From Owenia fusiformis (taxonomy: Eukaryota), in contig CAIIXF020000001.1 in NCBI GenBank assembly GCA_903813345.2, positions 33,356,001-33,420,000 of the forward strand: DNA of 64,000 nucleotides, given 5' to 3'. The position numbers were made by a program, and so were the translations under genes. Shown here piece after piece: positions 11,701 through 23,813 of this stretch (positions are counted from its first letter, which is position 1; every line of letters starts with the position of its first letter). The notes under the pieces are model-generated. The model was not told the DNA's origin and ran no database searches. It saw nothing but the letters and a program-made list of their open reading frames with translations.

Positions 11701-13929
11701 GTTAGCCTTTTGCCGTCAGAGAGTATTTTGACCCACTTTTGAGATATGGTGTCCGAAAAGTAGTTAAAAATAAAAAATTCTCCAAATTTTACATATGAGT
11801 TATGAATTTAGAGTAGAATTTTCTCAGGAATCCGAATCTGCAAACCAATTTTCGATCAAACTTCTGGTTAGATAGTTATAGCGGTTTGAAGTCTTGAAAA
11901 GTCGATATGATAATATCCCCATATCATGCATATGGAGTCGAAGATAACATTCTTAAGAGTTGTCTAAATGTCTATATTCTAGCTGACTCAGCTTATAGTG
12001 AATGACTCAGCTTACAAGTAATTGGATGACTCAGCTTAAAACAAGTCTTAAATCTGGAGTCTTAAATTGAACTTGTTCAATTTACATGTCTAGTTATTAT
12101 TATTCTCTCTTGTCACGTTTTCTCAGCAACTAGAAGGACTTACTTAAATCTGCTAACGTAGTCAACTAGGTAATGAGACCTTGTTTCTGGGAAATTAGGT
12201 CAAATGTTTATCTAGGTCAAAGGTCAAGAACTAGGTCAAATCGTGGGTTTTCATTATTTAACAAGTTTTCTCAGTCGTCCTTTGGTATTTTTGCTCCGGT
12301 TTTTTTTCATCATGTTCCTTAGAAAAAAAGCTAATTCCGTAAGGCAAATCGTTTTTTGCTTACTCTTACCGATTTTGAGATATGGCGTCCGAAAAGTAGG
12401 TCAGAACATAAAAAGTTCTCCAAATTCAACGTGTGAATTTTCAAATAAGTGTAGAATTATCTCAGGAATCCGAATCTGCAAACAAAATTTCGATCCGACT
12501 TCCGGTTCGGAAGTTATAGCGTTTTGAAATCTCAAAAATCGCTAAATTTGGTGCCTATGTTAAGTCAATGGGAAAAAAGGCTTTTTCGAAGTGTAAAATA
12601 CAAGATATAGACTGAGTTCAGCTTAACATATTGAATGCCTATAAAAGAAGGGGACCTCAAAAGCTACATAGCTTCGAAATTTGGACACCAAAATGCCTAG
12701 GTGAAGATCTAGGTCAAATTCATAGTTTTTCCTTATTTTTGCGATTCTGGCACTACACTTTTAGGATTTGCTTCAAAATTTTGTATACAGGTAGCAAAGA
12801 GTGTGCTTATAGTGAGAGCCTTTTGCCGTCAGAAAGTATTTTGATCCACTTTTGAGATATGGTGTCCGTAAAGTAGGTCAAAATAAACATTTCTCATAAT
12901 TTAACTTATGAGTTATGAATTAAGAGTAGAATTTTCTCAGGAATCCGAATCTGCAAACCAAATTTCAATCCGACTTTTCGTTGGGAAGTTATGGCGTTTT
13001 GAAAGCTCAAAAATCGCTAATTTTGGTGCCCCATGTTATGTCAATGAGAAAAAAGATTTTTTTGAAGTGTAAAATACCAGATAAAGACTGAGTACAGCTT
13101 AAGATTCTGAAAGTCTATAAAAGAAGGGGACCTCGAAAGCTATCTAGCTTTAAAATTTGGACACCAAAATCCCTAGGTCAAAATCTAGGTCAAATACATA
13201 GTTTTTCCTTATTTTTGCGATTCTGGCACTACACTTTTAGGATTTGCTTCAAAATTTTGTATACAGGTAGCAAAGAGTGGGCTAATAGTGTTAGCCTTTT
13301 GCCGTCAGAGAGTATTTTGACCCACTTTTGAGATATGGTGTCCGAAAAGTAGATCAAAATAAAAAATTCTCCAAATTTTACATATGAGTTATGAATTAAG
13401 AGTAGAATTTTCTCAGGAATCCGAATCTGCAAACCAAATTTCGATTCGACTTTCGGTTCCAAAGTTATGGCGTGTCCGAAAAGTAGGTCAAAATAAAAAT
13501 CGATCTGATATTATCCTGATAGAAAGTCAAGGAAAAAAGATTTTTTTGAAGTGTAAAATACGAGATATAGATTGAGTACAGCTTAAGATAATGAATTCCT
13601 ATAAAAGAAGGGGACCTCAAAAGCGACCTAGTTTCAATATTTGGACACCAAAATGCCTAGGTCAAAATCTAGGTCAAATTCATAGTTTTTCCTTATTTTT
13701 GCGATTCTGGCACTACACTTTTAGGATTTGCTTCAAAATTTTGTATACAGGTAGCAAAGAGTGTGCTAATAGTGTTAGCCTTTTGCCGTCAGAGAGTATT
13801 TTGACCCACTTTTGAGATATGGTGTCCGTAAAGTAGGTCAAAATAAAATGAGTTATGAATTAAGGGTAGAATTTTCTCAGGAATCCAAATCTGCAAACCA
13901 AATTTCAATCCGACTTCCAGTCAAAAATT

Positions 13930-14140
13930 CCTACTTACCTACCTACTTACCTACTCGGCTACCTACTTAGCTACCTACTCAGCTACCTACTCAGCTACTT
14001 ACTCAGCTACCTACTCAGCTGCTTACTCAGCTACCTGCTCAGCTGCTTACTCAGCTACCTACTCAGCTACTTACTCAATTACTTAATCATCTACTTACTC
14101 AGCTTCCTACTCAGTTACTTACTCAGCTCTTTACTCAAGT
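13930..14140. repeat. 12-bp minisatellite (GCTACCTACTCA)n
   Basis: Direct reading; lies just before a HINE tail. Confidence 0.9.
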
Positions 14141-17100
14141 AAATCAATCTGGAGTCTTAAATTGAACTTTGTTCAATTTACAAATCTAGTTATTATACTC
14201 CAGATGAAATCTGGAGTATATTGTTTTCGTAGCTTTTCTTTTTCTTATTTTTATTTTTCTAACCACGTTTTCTCAGAAACTATGAGGTCTCCAGTAAAGA
14301 CAAGTATATGGTTTATCAAGGTTAGAGGCCGGGTCGCTCGGAAATTGGGTCAATTTTTTATCTAGGTCAAAGGTCAAGAACTAGGTCAAAACGTAATTTT
14401 TCCAGTTTTCTCCATTATTCTTCAGTTTTACGTCTCGATTTATGTTCCATTGCATTCCTATGAAATAAACCTATGAAAAAAACATGGGACCTTTTTTCGA
14501 TTACTCTTCCCAATTTTGAGATATGGCGTCCGGAAAGAAGGTCAGAAAAAAAAATTCTCCGAATTCAACGTGTAAGGTGTCAAAACAATGGGAAATTTTC
14601 TCAGGATTCCGAATCTACAAACCGAATTGAAATCCGACGACCCGTTGACTTTCTACGGCCTTTTAAAGTGAAAAATGTCAACTTTTCAAAATCATAATTT
14701 TCACTTTAATATAGATAAAAACGATTCATTAGAGACCTAAAAATGTCAGTAAACTTAAAATTTTTAAGCTTAAAGGTCAAGGTCACAATCTATGTAATTT
14801 CATTAGTTTTGCCGATAGACGCCTTACACTTCAATATTTTCGTCTAAAATTCGGGGAAAGCATTCCTTTAAAGCTTCTATACGTTTTAGTAAATCGTTAT
14901 TTTCAAAGATTATCCGAATTGAAAGTGTTAATTTTTAGATTTGTGTCAGGATGAAAGCGAAGGTAAGGGTTAAAACTATGATTATAGTTAAACCCAGGGT
15001 CGCAGCTTGAGCTAGTATTGGGGTTAGTCCTTGAGCTACAGTTAGGTTTAGGATTGTGATTAGAGTTAAACTAGCCCGATTGTTAAAGCTAGGGTTAGAG
15101 TTATAATTTAGTATTTCACGTGTGTATTGGTGTTGGTGTCAGAATATTCAAAGCTCAATAAGGGGAATAATATTTTCAGTGTTTTGTCCTTTGGGGCCTT
15201 CATGATCGCAGAATATTAAATTCAAATATCACTAAATTGTCGCGAAGGCAAATATCCTGAGGATTTCAGAACTGTCAACCAAATTAAAATCGGGCCATTA
15301 GTTATAAAGTTATAAGTGTTTGAAGGTCTCCCCTGAAGATGGAAAGGTGCTCTATTTGCGCAAAAAACGTTATTTGAGCAAAAACCATATAGGGTTGGAG
15401 ACAGCTTAAGGATTAGCGTTAGAATTAGAACCAGGGTTAGGGTTAGCTCCGAGTTAGGGTTACAGAGTTAGGATTGTAGAATCTTCATAGGAATCCGAAT
15501 ATCAAATTTCAATCCAACTTATTCTAAAATGGTGAGAGCTCAAATGTCAAGGTCGAAGTTTTGGTCTATTTGTCAGGTTCGCCAATACTTGTACTGTATT
15601 AAATAGTTTTGTCTGAAATTCGAGGAAGATATTCCTTTGAAGGTTAAATACAAAAAGCATTTCGTATTTGATCTATTTTCATATCTAGAGCCTCCCAGAA
15701 ATATTTAACAACACTGTCTATCTGCCTTGAAAGAAGACATCCCGAGCATTCCAGAACAAAAAATCAAATTTAAATCGCCCCATTATTTTATCTGGTTATA
15801 AGCTTTTGAAAATTTCGTAAGACAACCTTACGAAACTTCACCTTCCTCCATCAAAAATTCCCCAAACGAAATGGTACGAGAAATTAATACGATTTCCTTC
15901 ATCAAACTAACAATTACGGAATGCAGAACGATGTGTACGTTACTCAGATTGAAGCCAAGGTATCACAATCATGCCTAGTGTCACATGCATTTAGTATTAT
16001 ATGGACAATGCGTAAGACAGATGTGTCGCTAAACTTGGCTTATAATTAGTCAGTGGATTTAAAACGTCACATTCTGCACTGGACACTATCCCCTCCCTCT
16101 GCTGCCACAGATTGAAATTCTTTAAAAATAAAGCCAAAATCAATACGCCATTTGACTCCAAATTGTCCTTCAGATTACCTAAATAAACACACTTTAGAAG
16201 AATCGCATACTGTCATTGCAAAAAGGAGACAATTGTACCAATATATGAGCTCACAGACTCGACATCATCACAATTGTGTTGGGACTACATTCAGTTTTTA
16301 AACTACTTTTTTCTATTCAGCGGAAGTGACATAGCAAATATACGTTAAAATTGCGACCGCCTTAAACTTACATGCGTTATTACGTTCTCAGTATTATCAT
16401 AATGAGTTAATTTTTGCTACTTTCTCAATAACCATTAGACCTTCAGTAAAGACAAGCATAGGTCAATTAAGTTACTATATCTAGTTCCTCGGAAATTGGG
16501 TCACATTTTTATGTAGGTCAAAGGTCAAGAACTAGAGTAAATCAAGTACTCTGTCACTTTTCTCAATTTTCTCGGTTGTCCTTCAATATTTTTGTTATGG
16601 TTTCTTCATTGTGTTCCCGATAAAAATAGAATAACTTTTAACGATTTATATTTTTGATATCTCAAACCTATTTCGAGATATCAGTGTCCGAAAACGAGGT
16701 CCAAAATAAAGTTCTCAGTGCAAGTGCAAGTTTAATACTAAATTTTCAGGATACTAAATCTGAAAACCAAATTGAAATCCGACTTCCGGTTCAGGAGTTA
16801 TGACCTTTTGAAATCTCAAAAGAACGATATGATGATATCCCCATGTTAAGTCAATGGGAAAAAATTGAAAAATACCAGATACGGACTGGTTTGAAGTAAA
16901 ATTAGAGATTGACTACAATAGTTAGAGGACCAGTAAAGCTTTCCTAATTCAAAATTTGGACACTTGAATGCCAAGGTCAAAATCTATGAGTTTTCTTATT
17001 TTCACGATCCTGACACTACACTTAAATATTTAGTATTTTTGAAAAATCTTTGCTTATAGTGTTAGCCATTCGCCGTCTAAAGGAATTTTGACCCAGTTTT

Positions 17101-17317
17101 AAGATAAAGTATCCAGACAGTAGATCAACTAAAAAGTTAAGGTGGCAAAAACATTTCTCAAAAGTTTTTCGGGATGCCGAATCTGAAATCAGAATTGCAA
17201 TTTCACTTCTGGTTCAGATTATACGCCATTTTGAAATTTTGGAAAATTAAGTAATATGATGATATCATGATACAAAGACAAGAGTATTAAAAACAATATT
17301 GGAAAAATACCATTATC

Positions 17318-17565
17318 AGTCAAGTCAGGTCAGGTCATCAGTCAGGTCATCAGTCCGGTCATCAGTCAGGCCATATGTCAGGTCACCAATCGGTTCATCA
17401 GTCGTGTCATCAGTCAGGTCAGGTCATCGGTCAGGTCAGGTCATCGGTCAGGTCATTAGTAAGGTCATTAGTTAAGTCATCAGTCAGATCATCCGTCGTG
17501 TCATCAGTCAGGTCACAAGTCAGGTCATCACTCAGGTCTAGTCAGGTCAGGTAAGACAGTCAGTT
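17318..17565. repeat. (AGTCAGGTCATC)n / (GTCAG)n minisatellite
   Basis: Direct reading; lies just before a HINE tail. Confidence 0.9.
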
Positions 17566-20500
17566 AGTTTAAAAACAAATCTGTCATCTGGAGTATGAAA
17601 TTGAACTTGTTCAATTTCCCCAGTCTAGTTATTAGACTCCAGATGAAATCTGGAGTCTTGTTTTCGTCAGTTTTCTTCTTCTTCTTCTTCTTCTTCTTAT
17701 TATTCTAAACCAGTTTTCTCAATAACCATAAGGTCTTCAGTAAAGTCAATCATTTGGTCAATTTAGGTTTAGTATCTAGTTCCTCGGAAATTGGGTCAAA
17801 TTTTTATCTAGGTCAAAGGTCAAGAACTAGGTCAAATCCAGTACTTTGTCACTTTTTTCAATTTTCTCGGTCGTCCTTCAATATTTTTGATCCGTTTTTT
17901 TTTCATTGTGTTCCTTACAAAAAAGTAGGAAACCTAGGGTCAATTTAGTTTTTTGATATCTCAAACCGATTTCGAGATATCAGTGTCCGAAAACGAGGTC
18001 CAAAAAAAAGTTCTCCGAATCAAATGTCCAGGATATTAATCTTATAGGAAATTTTCTCAGGATTCTGAATCTGAAAAACCAAATTCGAATCAGACTTCCG
18101 GTTCGGAAGTTATGGCGTTTTGAAAGATCAAAAATCGCTAAATTTGGTGCCCATGTTAAGTCAATGGGAAAAAAGATTTTTTTGAAGTGAAAAATACGAA
18201 ATATAGACTGAATTCAGCTAAATATAATGAAAGCTTTTAAAAGAATGGGACCTCAAAAGCCATCTAGCTTTAAAATTTGGACATCATAATGCCTAGGTCA
18301 AAATCTAGGTCAAATTCAAAGTTTTTTCTTATTTTTGCGATTCTGACACTACAGATTGATGATATTATTCGAAATTTTGTATACATGTAGCCAAGAGTGT
18401 GCTAATAGTGTTAGCCTTTTGCCGTCAGAAAGTATTTTGCCCCACTTTTGAGATATGGTGTCCGAAAAGTAGGTCAAAATAAAAAATTCTCCAAATTTGA
18501 CGTTTGAGTTATGAATCTTCCTATCCTTCCTATTCTATCCCTTCTTCCTATTCTATTCTATCCTTCTTTCCTATTCTATCCTATCGTTCCTTCATATTCT
18601 ATGGTATCCTTCCTTCCTTTTTCATCCATCCATCCATCTTTTTCTGGATGACTTAGCTTATTTTGGATGACTTGGCTTATTCTGGATGACTCGGCTAAAA
18701 AAAGTCTAGATCTGGAGTCTGAAATTGAACTCGTTCAATTTCCAAAATCTAGTTATTCTTCTTATTATTCTAACCCAGTTTTCTCAATAACCATAAGGTC
18801 TTCAGTAAAGTCAATCATTTGGTCAATTTAGGTTCAGTATCTAGTTCTCTGGAAATTGGGTCAAATTTTTATCTAGGTCAAAGGTCAAGAACTAGGTCAA
18901 ATCCAGTACTTTGTCACTTTTTTCGATTTTCTCGGTCATCCTTCAATATTTTTGATCCGGGTTTTTTTCATTGTGTTCCTTATAAAAAAGTAGGAAACCT
19001 AGGATCGATTTAGTTTTTTGATATCTCAAACCGATTTCGAGATATCAGTGTCCGAAAACGATGTCCAAAAAAAAGTTCTTCGAATCAAATGTCCAGGATA
19101 TTAGTCTTATAGGAAATTTTCTCAGAATTCTGAATCTGAAAACGAAATTTCGATCCGACTTCCAGTTCGGAAGTTATGGCGTTTTTAAAACTCAAAAATC
19201 GCTAAATTTGGTGCCCATGTTAAGTCAATGGGAAAAAATATTTTTTTGAAGTGAAAAATACGGAATAAAGACTGAGTTCAGCTTCATATAATCAAAGCCT
19301 TTAAAAGAAGGAGACCTCAAAAGCTATCTAGCTTCAAAATGTGGACACTGAAATGCCTAGGTCAAAATCTAGGTCAAATTCATAGGTTTTCCTTATTTTT
19401 TCGATTCTGACACTACACTTTAATTATATTCTTCGAAATTGTGTATACATGTAGCCAAGAATATGCTAATAGTGTTAGCCTTTTGCCGTCAGAAAGTATT
19501 TTGATCCACTTTTGAGATATGGTGTCCGAAAAGTAGGTCAAAATAAAACAGTTCTCCAAATTTAATATATGAGTTATGAATTAAGGGTAGAATTATGTCA
19601 GGAATCCGGATCTGCAAACCAAATTTCGATCCGACTTCCGGTTCGGAAGTTATGGCGTGTCCGAAAAGTAGGTCAAAATAAAAAATCTCCAAATTTAACG
19701 TATGAGTTATGAATTAGGGGCAGAATTTTGTCAGGAATCCGAATCTGCAAACCAAATTTCCGGTTCGGAAGTTATAGCGTTTTGAAATTTCGAGAAAAAT
19801 CGATCTGATGGTATCCTGATAGAAAGTCAAGAGTAGAGAAGAAAATATTGAAAAATTCATCCACCCTTCCTATCTCATCCTATCCTATCCTTCCTATCTA
19901 TCCTTCCTTCATATTTTTTCCTTCTTATCCTTCCTATCCTATCCTTTCTTCCTATTCTATTCTATCCTATCCTTCTTTCTTATTCTATCCCATCGTTCTT
20001 TCCTATTCTATCCTATCCTACCTTCCTATTTTATTTATCCATCTCTTTCTAGATGACTCAGCTTAATCTGGATGACTCGGCTTATTCTGGATGACTCGGC
20101 TAAAAAAAGTCTAGATCTGGAGTCTAGTTATTCTAGTTATTCTTTATTATTCTTTCCCAGTTTTCTCATTAACTAGAAGATATTGAGTCAAGTCTTATAT
20201 ATGGTCCATTTAGGTCCTAGATCTAGTTTCTCGGAAATTGAGTCAAATTTTTATCTAGGTCAAAGGTCAAGAACTAGGTCAAATTTTACATTTTCTTCGT
20301 CGTTGTTTATCGTAACTCCTAAATCCTTTTTTCATCATGTAGCTTAGAAAAAGCCAAAGCAAAGATATGACATTAGTTTTTTGATTACGCTTACCGATTT
20401 TGAAATATGGCATCCAGAAAGTAGGTCACAATAAAAAGTTCTCCAAATTTAACATATGAGTTATGAATTAAGGGTAGAATTTTCTCAGGAATCCGAATCT

Positions 20501-20650
20501 GCAAACCAAATTTCGATCCGACTTCCGGTTCAAAAGTTATGACATTTTTAAACTTTTTTTAACCTGCCAATAACCACGCGCAAGATCGAAAAAATCAATA
20601 TGATGGTATCCTGATAGAAAGTCAAGAGTAGTGAAGAAAATATTGAAAAA

Positions 20651-21487
20651 TCCTTCCATCCATCCTATCTATCCTATCCTATCCTATATCCTATCCTATA
20701 TCCTATCCTATATCTATCCTTTATCCTATCCTATATCCTATCGTATATCCTATCCAATCCTATCCTTCTTTCCTATCCTTCCTTCCTATCCTATACTATC
20801 CTATCGTTTCTTCCTATTCTATCCTATCCTTCCTTCTATCCTTCCTTCCTATTCTGGAAGGAAGGATAGGTTAGGATAGGAAGGAAGGATAGGATAAGAA
20901 GGATAGGAAAGAGGGATGGACTGGACGACTTGGCTTATTCTGGACGACTCGGCTATATCCATCCCACCTATCCTATTCAATCCTATCCTTCTTTCCTATC
21001 CTTCTTTCCTATCCTTCCTATCCTATCCTTCCTTCCTTCCTATCCCATCCTTCCTATTCTGTCCTATCTTATTCTTTCTTCGGATTCTATCATATCCTAT
21101 TCTATCCTTCCTATCCTATCCTTTCTTTCTATTCTGTCCTATCCTTCCTATCCCATGAATTCATCTATTCATCTATCAATCCATCCATCCATCAGCTTAT
21201 TCTGGATGACTCAGGCTATTCTGGATGACTTGGCTATTTTGGATGACTCGACTATAATATCCATCCCACCTATCCTATCCAATCCTATCCTTCTTTCCTA
21301 TCCTTCCTATCCTATCCTTCCTTCCTATCCTATCCTACCCTTCCTATTCTGTCCTATCCTTCCTCCTATCAATCCATCCATTCATCCATCAGTCCAGCCA
21401 TCCACCTGCTTATTCTGGATGACTCGGCTTATGCTGGATGACTCAGCTTATTCTGGATGACTCGGCTTATTCTGAATGACTCGGCTA
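20651..21487. repeat. (CCTAT/CCTT)n pyrimidine tracts with 19-bp TTATTCTGGATGACTCAGC repeats
   Basis: Direct reading. Similar tracts at 18517-18695 and 19860-20100, and on the complement at 36375-36745, 42568-42810 and 43836-44070. Confidence 0.9.
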
Positions 21488-21544
21488 AAAAAGGTCTTAA
21501 TCTGGAGTCTGAAATTGAACTTGTTCAATTTCCAAAGTCTAGTT

Positions 21545-21740
21545 TGTAACATGATTTGCTGAAGATGAAGCTAAATACATATAATGGTATGGACTGAGGA
21601 TTGTTCTACCCTCTTTAGTCATTCCAAAAGGTAAGTTGGGTGTATCTTGAAATGCGAAAATGCAAAATTTGATTTCAAGATTGTTCTTTATTTGAATAAG
21701 AGTTATGGCTATCCTATGCAACTACAGTAAAACATGTGTA
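21545..21740 (+). mobile_element. Repeat family A, continuation of copy 1 after the HINE cluster
   Basis: GAAGATGAAGCTAAATACATATAATGGTATG...CAACTACAGTAAAACATGTGTAC matches 35183-35344. Confidence 0.8.
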
Positions 21741-22004
21741 CCAACCAACTTCCTTGATCATAGGTGCAATTTCTCTGTGTGCCCCTGTTCCTAACCAGGG
21801 TGCAACTCCTTTATATGCCCTTGTTCCTAACCAAGGTGCATCTTGCCCCTGTTGCTTAACAAGGGTGCAAGTCCTTTATGTGCCCTATAACCAAGGTGCA
21901 ACTCCTTTATATGCCCTTGTTCCTAACCAAGGTGCATCTTTCCCCTGTTCCTTAACCAGGGTGCAAGTCCGTTATATGCCCTTTTTCTCCTTTGAACTTA
22001 TGTC

Positions 22005-23116
22005 CAGGTTGCAATCATGGGTACAAATGCCCCTTGCACCAATATGGGGATGCAAGTTGCAGCTCTCCCAAATGTCCTTCACTCCTTTTCCAGGTGGCAA
22101 TTATGGGTACAAATATTCCTTGCACTAGTATGGGGTTGCAAGTTGGTTGCAACTCTCCCAAATGTCCTTCCGTTGATTATTTTGGGTTCAAATATCCCTT
22201 GCACGAATATGGGGTTGCAAAGTTGGTTGCAACTCTCCCAAATGTCCTTCCGTTGATTATTTTGGGTGCAAATATTCCTTGCACCAAAATGGGGTTGCAA
22301 AGTTGGTTGCAACTCTCTCAAATGTCCTTGAATTGATTATTTTAGGTGCAAATATTCCTTGCACCAATATGGGGTTGCAAAGTTGGGTGCAACTCTCCCA
22401 AATATCCTTCCGTTGATCATTTTGGGTGCAAATATCCCTTGCACCGATATGGGGTTGCAAAGTTGGTTGCAACTCTCCCAAGTGTCCTTCAGTTGAGTAT
22501 TTTGGGTGCAAATATCCTTTGCACCAATGTGGGATTGCAAGTTGGTACAACTCTCCCAAGTGTCCTTCAGTGGTTTATTTTGGGTGAAAATATTCCTTGC
22601 ACCAATGTGGGGTTGCAAGTAGGTTGCAACTCTCCCAAGTGTCCTTCCGTGGTTTATTTTAGGTGCAAATATTCCTTGCACCAATGTGGGGTTGCAAAGT
22701 TGGGTGCAACTCTCCCAAATATCCTTCCGTTGATCATTTTGGGTGCAAATATCCCTTGCACCGATATGGGGTTGCAAAGTTGGTTGCAACTCTCCCAAGT
22801 GTCCTTCAGTTGAGTATTTTAGGTGCAAATATCCTTTGCACAAATGTGGGGTTGCAAGTTGGTACAACTCTCCCAAGTGTCCTTCAGTGGTTTATTTTGG
22901 GTGACAATATTCCTTGCACCAATGTGGGGTTGCAAGTAGGTTGCAACTCTCCCAAGTGTCCTTCCGTGGTTTATTTTAGGTGCAAATATTCCTTGCACCA
23001 ATGTGGGGTTGCAAAGTTGGTTGCAACTCTCCCAAATGTCCTTCCGTGGATTATTTTAGGTGCAAATATCCCTTGCACCAATATGGGGTTGCAAAGTTGG
23101 TTGCAACTCTCCCAAA
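22005..23116. repeat. ~79-bp satellite, ~14 copies, with a 317-bp (4-mer) higher-order period
   Basis: Unit TTGCACCAATATGGGGTTGCAAAGTTGGTTGCAACTCTCCCAAATGTCCTTCCGTTGATTATTTTGGGTGCAAATATCCC. Near-identical ORF starts at 22346, 22663 and 22980. Confidence 0.95.
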
Positions 23117-23463
23117 TAACAATGTTAATAACAATCTCGGCAAATATAGTAATAGGTACAATCCGATTTGAATCTCTAAAACAATGCTCAAAATGTCCAG
23201 GCTAAAAAAATGGACCAACTGTGATGATATTTGATCGAAAATCCTTCGTCAATTACTCAACAAAATATTCTTACTTACGACCCCGAAGCTGTTCCAGTCT
23301 TGACAAACTTGACAAACTGGTCAAATTCCTTTTATATGCCCCGCACGGACGTTTTGGACTGCATAAATCTGATTGGTAAATACCAAAAACTAGGTTAATA
23401 TGCCAGTGAGGTTCCCCAATGGGCGATAATATGAAATTTCCATGGATGATCATGTCACTAAAA

Positions 23464-23813
23464 CTGGGCTGTCAACTTGGGACCATCTAACATGAGTGAC
23501 TTCCAAATGTTGAACACCTTGTCTTCAAACCTTGGACAGCTTCAGTGAACACTGGCAGATTTTGGACACCTAAAATCGCGTGCAAAGACCGAACGGAATG
23601 CGTTCGCTTTTTTCCGCCGTTCGCTTTTTTGTCGGCATTCCACAATAAACTATTTTTAAAATTTCAACAAAATGTGTGATTTGCATGATATTTGATCATA
23701 AAAATGCTTGATTTGCGTGATATTTGATCATACACACTAAATTGATGCGTCATTTCTAGTTTTCCAGCAAATGCGTGACAATCACGCCTAATGCGTGAGG
23801 GTTGACAGGGCAG
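23464..23813 (+). mobile_element. TIR element with 6-bp TSD (CTAAAA)
   Basis: Ends CTGGGCTGTCAAC / GTTGACAGGGCAG. TSD at 23458-23463 and 23814-23819. Confidence 0.85.

Larger units (their letters stand above)
8772..21544 (+). mobile_element. Nested cluster of non-autonomous Helentron-like (HINE/DINE-type) elements, family 1
   Basis: Heads: AGACTCCAGAT..ATCTGGAGTCT hairpin plus (TTA/TTC)n at ~8774, 8834, 8887, 10441, 14193, 17631. Tails: TCTGGAGTCT, AAATTGAAC-TT-GTTCAATTT hairpin and CTAGTT at ~10440, 12095, 14191, 17630, 18754, 20130 (truncated), 21544. Central ~475-bp tandem units; no TSD. Confidence 0.85.

Noticed and set aside
9005..14697. Recurring 'KFGLQIRIPEKIL' and 'YKRRGPQKL' ORFs suggesting a gene family
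   Set aside because: Translations of the non-coding ~475-bp HINE repeat unit; frames and stops are not conserved between copies.
14960..15475. Scattered TTAGGG-like hexamers (interstitial telomere?)
   Set aside because: Few and degenerate, embedded in a HINE body, with no continuous array.
19848..21460. Ser/Tyr/Pro/Ile/Leu-rich ORFs (also 36407..36751, 42593..42814, 43875..44075)
   Set aside because: Translations of (CCTAT)n microsatellites.
21736..23205. Many long overlapping ORFs (up to 180 aa) on both strands
   Set aside because: They arise from a stop-poor 79-bp satellite whose unit is not a multiple of 3; no protein signal.
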